This document shows, piece after piece, positions 59,501-64,000 of a stretch of 64,000 nt of DNA (position 1 is its first letter; every line of letters begins with the position of its first letter). The notes beneath the pieces are model-generated. The model did not search any database and had not been told where the DNA came from. It saw only the letters and a list, made by a program, of their open reading frames with translations. Both the position numbers and the translations under genes were made by a program. Origin of the DNA: Phaeosaccion multiseriatum (taxonomy: Eukaryota; Protista; Ochrophyta, other classes); contig OZ218960.1 in NCBI GenBank assembly GCA_965112735.1, positions 1,240,001-1,304,000 on the forward strand. Reading direction: 5' to 3'.

Positions 59501-60416
59501 ACACTCCTCCTCAAGGTTCCTCACTGCTCCTCCTCCGCCCTCCTCTGATCTCAGGTGATGGCTGTGGCCACTCTCAACCTCGTCTACAACAACCCCAAGG
59601 CCTTCAAGGGAGTGGTAAAGATCCGCAAGGGGCAGGCAGCACAGCAGATCATGGGCAGTCGTACGATGGAAGGCCTACTCGGCTGGTTCCAGAGGTGCGT
59701 ACAAACACAGGCAGTGTTGATACATACGGAAGGGGGGGGGGGGGGGAGTATCGAAATCGGGACGCAATTTTTAGTTCCAGTTTTTTTCGGCCGACGAGGA
59801 GGCCTGCGGAGAGGCAGAAAGCAGCGCGGAAAGCAGAGCGGGGAGCAGCGATGAGCTTGATGTGATGTGATGTGTGTCCCTGTGTCCCTGTGGTCGTCTT
59901 TTTTCCTTGTGCCCGTCTCACCCCCCCCAGCCCGCATCCCTCCCTTTTCCCTTGCTCCCCCCTCTTCTTTCTCTTGTCGCTGCCCCTGGTTGCCCCCCCC
60001 TACGCTCGAGCAGCAACATCCAAGACATCAAGTCACGCGTGCCCCCCGGGGACCCCTCTGCGGAGCGAACGACCCAAGTGTGTACGCGCATCCTTGCCCT
60101 CGCAAAGGCCAAGGGTGGCAGCCCGCCCCCCTCGGGCCTGTCTCGCTTCCTGGACCTCGCTGCTCCTGTGCTCTTTAGCAGCTGTGCAGGCCAGGTCTAC
60201 TTCTCCAACCCGAGGGTTATGGATTGGGCGTCCGAGATGTCCTCACGCGGCTTGGGGGGTGTGATCAGCGCGGTCACAGATGGGTTGCGTGGTGGTGGTG
60301 GTGATGGTGGTGATTTCTTTGGAGACCTGGACTCTTGGGAGCGGAGCTTGGTGGCGGGTATGGCACTGAGTCTGCTGTATCTGCTGGCCACTATTGTCAT
60401 CAGAGGGCTACGGTAG
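54886..60416 (+). CDS. IDI-SQS: Isopentenyl-diphosphate isomerase - squalene synthase fusion (11 exons)
   Basis: Exons 54886-55044, 55515-55784, 56218-56403, 56607-56855, 57159-57365, 57542-57754, 57949-58236, 58922-59023, 59256-59372, 59555-59694 and about 60014-60416, all phase-compatible. IDI motifs [31 protein letters not shown] motifs [50 protein letters not shown], plus a C-terminal TM. Confidence 0.95.
58195..58400 (+). repeat. ~76-bp x3 tandem repeat spanning the exon-7/intron donor of IDI-SQS
   Basis: tttttgcagaagaccaacatcattcgggactatttagaggtatgtagg.. three copies. Confidence 0.9.
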
Positions 60417-61155
60417 AGGGGAAGCACGGGAAGACTTTCTTTCCTTATAGGAGTCACCTAAGAAACTGAAAGTGGAAAGGAAAGGGGAAGGGGGGTGGGA
60501 GGGCTGGCAATCTGTGGCCCCTGCGTACTGAGCAAAGCGCCAGTGGTGAAGGGAAGGGAAGAAAAGGGTCTCCCGCGCCCCTCCCGTACACAGGCGAGGC
60601 CACAGCTGCGGTGCTGCGGAGGCTCTGCTGCTACTACCGTCCTTGTTGCTGCTACGACCGGAGGGGGCTGCTGCAAACGGATGTCTGTCACAGGGCGTTC
60701 CCTTGCCTTGCCCTGGCCTTGACACTCGCTTGGCCGGGGAGAGCGGGCGGGCGGGCGGGGGGGGCAAGAGATGTGGGGGTTGGAAGGGGATAGAAGGAAG
60801 CAATGCTCCTACCCAACCGGCGCGAATTCTCCGCTTGGCAACTCGCTGAGGTATACAACTGTACTAGAGGCGAGTGAGTGAGTGAGGGCGTGCGAGCGTA
60901 CATGGCATGTGGATCACGGGCGGGGGAGGGCTTGACTTTGGCCCCTTTGTTCGCTCTCTCTCCCTGTCCCATGCGTCCCCACCGGCCGTCGTGCTGCTTC
61001 TCAGTCCTTTTGGCCTGGTCCGCTCTTTTCTCTGGCGGGGGCGGAGTGTGTGTGTGTGTAGGGGGGGGGGGGATTGTGCCGGACAACCAACACCCCCCCA
61101 CAGAGCTGCAGACCCCAGCGGCGAATAGAAATGCCTTTTGAGTTTTGTCGTTCTA

Positions 61156-62231
61156 TTATTTACCGTAGGAGGAGCGCGACCCCCGTGGGGAGGTACATGC
61201 GCCGCCTCCGCCCATCTTCTCCACCACTCCCATATCCTCTATAAACTCAAATTTGTTCTCCAGCATGTCATTTCTATATGCCTCCAAGAAGGCCGAGAAG
61301 GAGTGCCCTACTTCGTCCCCCAGCCCCTCGTCGGAGTCGAACTCGAACACTGCGCCATTGGCTTGAGTGTCTAGCACCTGTTCGTACGTATGGGAGCAAG
61401 GTATTTCGTCACAGCGGGCGGGGAGGATGAGACGTGTGAGGAGGTGCCATATGGGACTTGGTGTTTCGCTGAATGTAGGGGGTACATGGGAAGAGGAGAG
61501 GCGTTATGGACAATATGCGAGTCGGTCGACCCTCGAGAATGTAGAAAGGGAAAGTGTGGTGCCTATACGTGAGAGAGTACTAGTGTGGAGGATTTTTGAT
61601 TCGTCATCGATCGATCCATCCATCGATCGGTCCATCAGCCGAGAAGGACGAAAACAGCAAGCAGGGCCGTAGATGTCCATAGAAAGAAAGAGAAGGGCCT
61701 GCACTCACAAACATGTTGCTGTCGCAGTCGGAGGCAAAGGGCACAAGCCCCTCTCTCCAGCCCTTGGGGCTCTCCGAGTCGAGATCATTAATCATCTTGC
61801 ACATTGCCTCATGTGTTAGTGCCTGCTTGTCGTAGAACCAAATCTGACCGTTCTGCTCGTGTTTCGCGCACCAGTCATAGGGGTCAGAGGTGTACATGTG
61901 GAGAAGCATTATCAGGCCAGTTAGTTGGGACTTGCACTGTTCGTTTGTTTGTCAGGAGGGATGGACAGACAGATGATGCCGAACCTGCTGGGCGCAGAGG
62001 GTCTTAAAACCCTTGGGAAGCCCCCCTCCACATGTCTTCTCGAGCGTCTGAATGTCCTCTGGGGTGGCGGGGTCACCATCCTCTAGAACTATGCTGGAGC
62101 ACCGCGTGAACCAAGCGCACACATCTGCACAGCGAGAGGAGAGAACGGAAGATGAGAAGGTGGTCGTTCCCCCACGGCCCTTTCCTTCTTTCCTTACCTA
62201 AGACGCACTGCTGTATTTCGTCTATTGACAT
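61156..62231 (-). CDS. SMI1/KNR4 (SUKH)-like protein (about 4 exons)
   Basis: PATPEDIQTLEKTCGGGLPKGFKTL..NGQ..W..GLVPFASDCDSNMF|VLDT..GAVFEFD..SFSAFLEAY..LE. Confidence 0.7.
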
Positions 62232-62493
62232 GCTTCCCCTCCTCCGGTTCCCCTCCACCGCAACAGTCACCATGTTGCCACTACGTCAGGCCGTGGAGAG
62301 CACCGTGACGAAGCAAGAGAACGGCGGGATGGTGGGGGCGAGTCAACCGTCCGGTGAAGAACCAACGTTTGTACCTGTGAATCCGTTACTTTTTTCACGG
62401 GAGATGCATCTGATCTGTGGAGCCATTGACTTCCTTCTCTACCTTCTGAATTGGCCTGCATTGCATGGTTCGCTAGAGAGCGCTGGCACTGCC

Positions 62494-63456
62494 ATGCCGA
62501 CAACTGCAGCCCCCGGTTTCAGCAGCAGCTTGCTCTCAGGTGGGGGCAGCGAGAAGAAGCGGATCTACGTGACCTTCGAAGGAACCACCGCATGCGTAGC
62601 ATGGTTCAGTGGCGCTAGCGATGAGAGCATTTGTAAGGGAATCGCGCAAGCCTTGCGACTGCCTGCAGGCGCCGGTTTCTGCGTCATCGATCCCAGCGAT
62701 GATGAGGGAAGCGTGCTTGCCATAAGTGACTCCATGCCTTCCGGGCTCCAGGTAACCCTTCAATTGGGCAGAGAAACAAAGCCACCAGCATCAGCGGTGG
62801 AACGGGAGGCACGAGGAGGAGAAGAAGAAGGAGGAGGAGGTGTAGGAGGAGCGTCAACACATCAGCAACAGTCACCCTATCAACCTTCGCTGCCGCTGAG
62901 CGGGAGTGGACACAATAGCGACAGCGAGGAGGCGGACCGCCATGAGGGAGAGGGGCGGCCAACCGCAGCAACGAGCTACGGTGGAGTAGCGGTGAGTGGC
63001 GGCCTGAATGGTGGGGGCGGCAGCGGGAAGAAGCAAGGGGACCACAACAACAAGGGGGAGGGCGAAGAAGGAGACTTTCGAGGCCAACTACTCAAGTTCG
63101 AGCGGATCAACGCGCACCTGGCCAACGAGCGAACGTGGCTAGCGTGGGTGCGCACCGCCCTCTCCGTCCTCACGCTCGCCCTCAGCTTCCTCAGTCTCAC
63201 CGAAGACCTCAACACGTGGACAAAGGTGTGCGGGGGCATCCTCGGCATTGCGTTCGTGTCGAGCACTTTGCTTACCTATGTCACGGGGTGGAAACGCTAC
63301 CAGCGGGTGACGGAGGTGCTGGCGTGGAGGGGCAAGCAGATCCAGGGCAAGTTTGGGCGCTTTAGCCTTTCGTACCAAGCCCAAGTGCTGGCGTTTTCGC
63401 TGGCGCTGGCGCTACCGCTGTACGGCTATGCGGCCTACCGAGTGGACAGTTTGTAG
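62494..63456 (+). CDS. DUF202/VTC1-like membrane protein, paralog of 40320-41582 (intronless)
   Basis: INAHLANERTWLAWVRTALS plus three TM segments; N-terminal VAWFSGASDESICKGIAQAL matches VSWYDGASPETILRCIRAAF. Confidence 0.8.
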   Translation: MPTTAAPGFSSSLLSGGGSEKKRIYVTFEGTTACVAWFSGASDESICKGIAQALRLPAGAGFCVIDPSDDEGSVLAISDSMPSGLQVTLQLGRETKPPASAVEREARGGEEEGGGGVGGASTHQQQSPYQPSLPLSGSGHNSDSEEADRHEGEGRPTAATSYGGVAVSGGLNGGGGSGKKQGDHNNKGEGEEGDFRGQLLKFERINAHLANERTWLAWVRTALSVLTLALSFLSLTEDLNTWTKVCGGILGIAFVSSTLLTYVTGWKRYQRVTEVLAWRGKQIQGKFGRFSLSYQAQVLAFSLALALPLYGYAAYRVDSL

Positions 63457-63702
63457 TAAGACACAGTAGTGGGAGAAATGAAACAGAAACTGATACATAC
63501 TTACATTACATGATACTAAGCCGAGTTGTTTTGTACCCATATATTTATTTTATGTGTTCATCTGTATATTGGGGGGGGGGAAGGCGATCTAAAGGCGCAA
63601 ACCCAAAAAGCTTTCATTGAAATATTCAGTATGAACAAGTTGAAGTTGAGAGAGTGTTGGTTGCCTGCTGAGTACGTGGCGAATGCCTCCTCCTGTCTAA
63701 CC

Positions 63703-64000
63703 AGTCTCTCTGGAAAATGGCGTTGGTTATTTACACGAGCATTGTCATCAACGGGCCTGGTTTGCCCAAGATAAGGGTCGATGAAAGTGCCAACATACAT
63801 AACAAACGCCCTCGTCCAGAGATATGACCAAGGACGGAAGTCCGTAGTGCAGAGCTGTGACTTTGTCTGTCATATCTCTGGAAGAGGATGTTGGTGATAT
63901 ACACCGGCTTTGTGACCAACACACTTGGCCAACAAGCCAATACGAGGGTCGATTACCAAGCCGACATACATAACAAACGCCCTCGTCCAGAGATACGACC
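63703..64000 (-). ncRNA. Two tandem homologous long hairpins (candidate pre-miRNA/structured RNA cluster), truncated by window edge
   Basis: Units about 63703-63828 and 63869-63999, each a ~50-bp imperfect stem. One arm is identical over 32 nt, the partner arm and inner stem are diverged but still paired, and most mismatches are G-U on the - strand. Confidence 0.45.

Noticed and set aside
63790-64000. CRISPR-like direct repeats
   Set aside because: Eukaryotic context, no cas genes, ~135-bp homologous 'spacers' that base-pair with the repeat

Overview
Eukaryotic nuclear DNA that is gene-dense and intron-rich, with introns packed with microsatellites. It most likely comes from a photosynthetic stramenopile (ochrophyte, possibly eustigmatophyte-like). 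This is inferred from signal-peptide + 'AF/GF/SF' bipartite plastid presequences, an IDI-squalene synthase fusion and a Sig1/Ocm-like EGF protein. Most ORF-track entries are microsatellite artefacts, so gene models were spliced by eye. Genes, left to right: PI4-kinase (5' part), a divergent cytochrome-b5-reductase-like flavoprotein, a three-copy family of unknown helical genes interleaved head-to-head with a J-domain gene and its truncated paralog (one copy split by nested insertions including a foldback MITE), an IQ-motif protein, a plastid-targeted 11-mer Ser/Gly repeat protein, an EGF/tenascin-like protein, a Janus/Ocnus phosphohistidine phosphatase, two DUF202/VTC1-like genes, a plant-DAD1-like lipase, an intronless SRPBCC-C2-lipoxygenase, IDI-SQS and an SMI1/KNR4 gene. 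The best candidate for an undescribed system is the adjacent, co-oriented, co-plastid-targeted lipase + SRPBCC-C2-LOX pair, a putative oxylipin mini-cluster with the LOX bracketed by inverted repeats. The second is a pair of tandem, covarying long hairpins at the right edge that resemble a clustered miRNA/structured-RNA locus.
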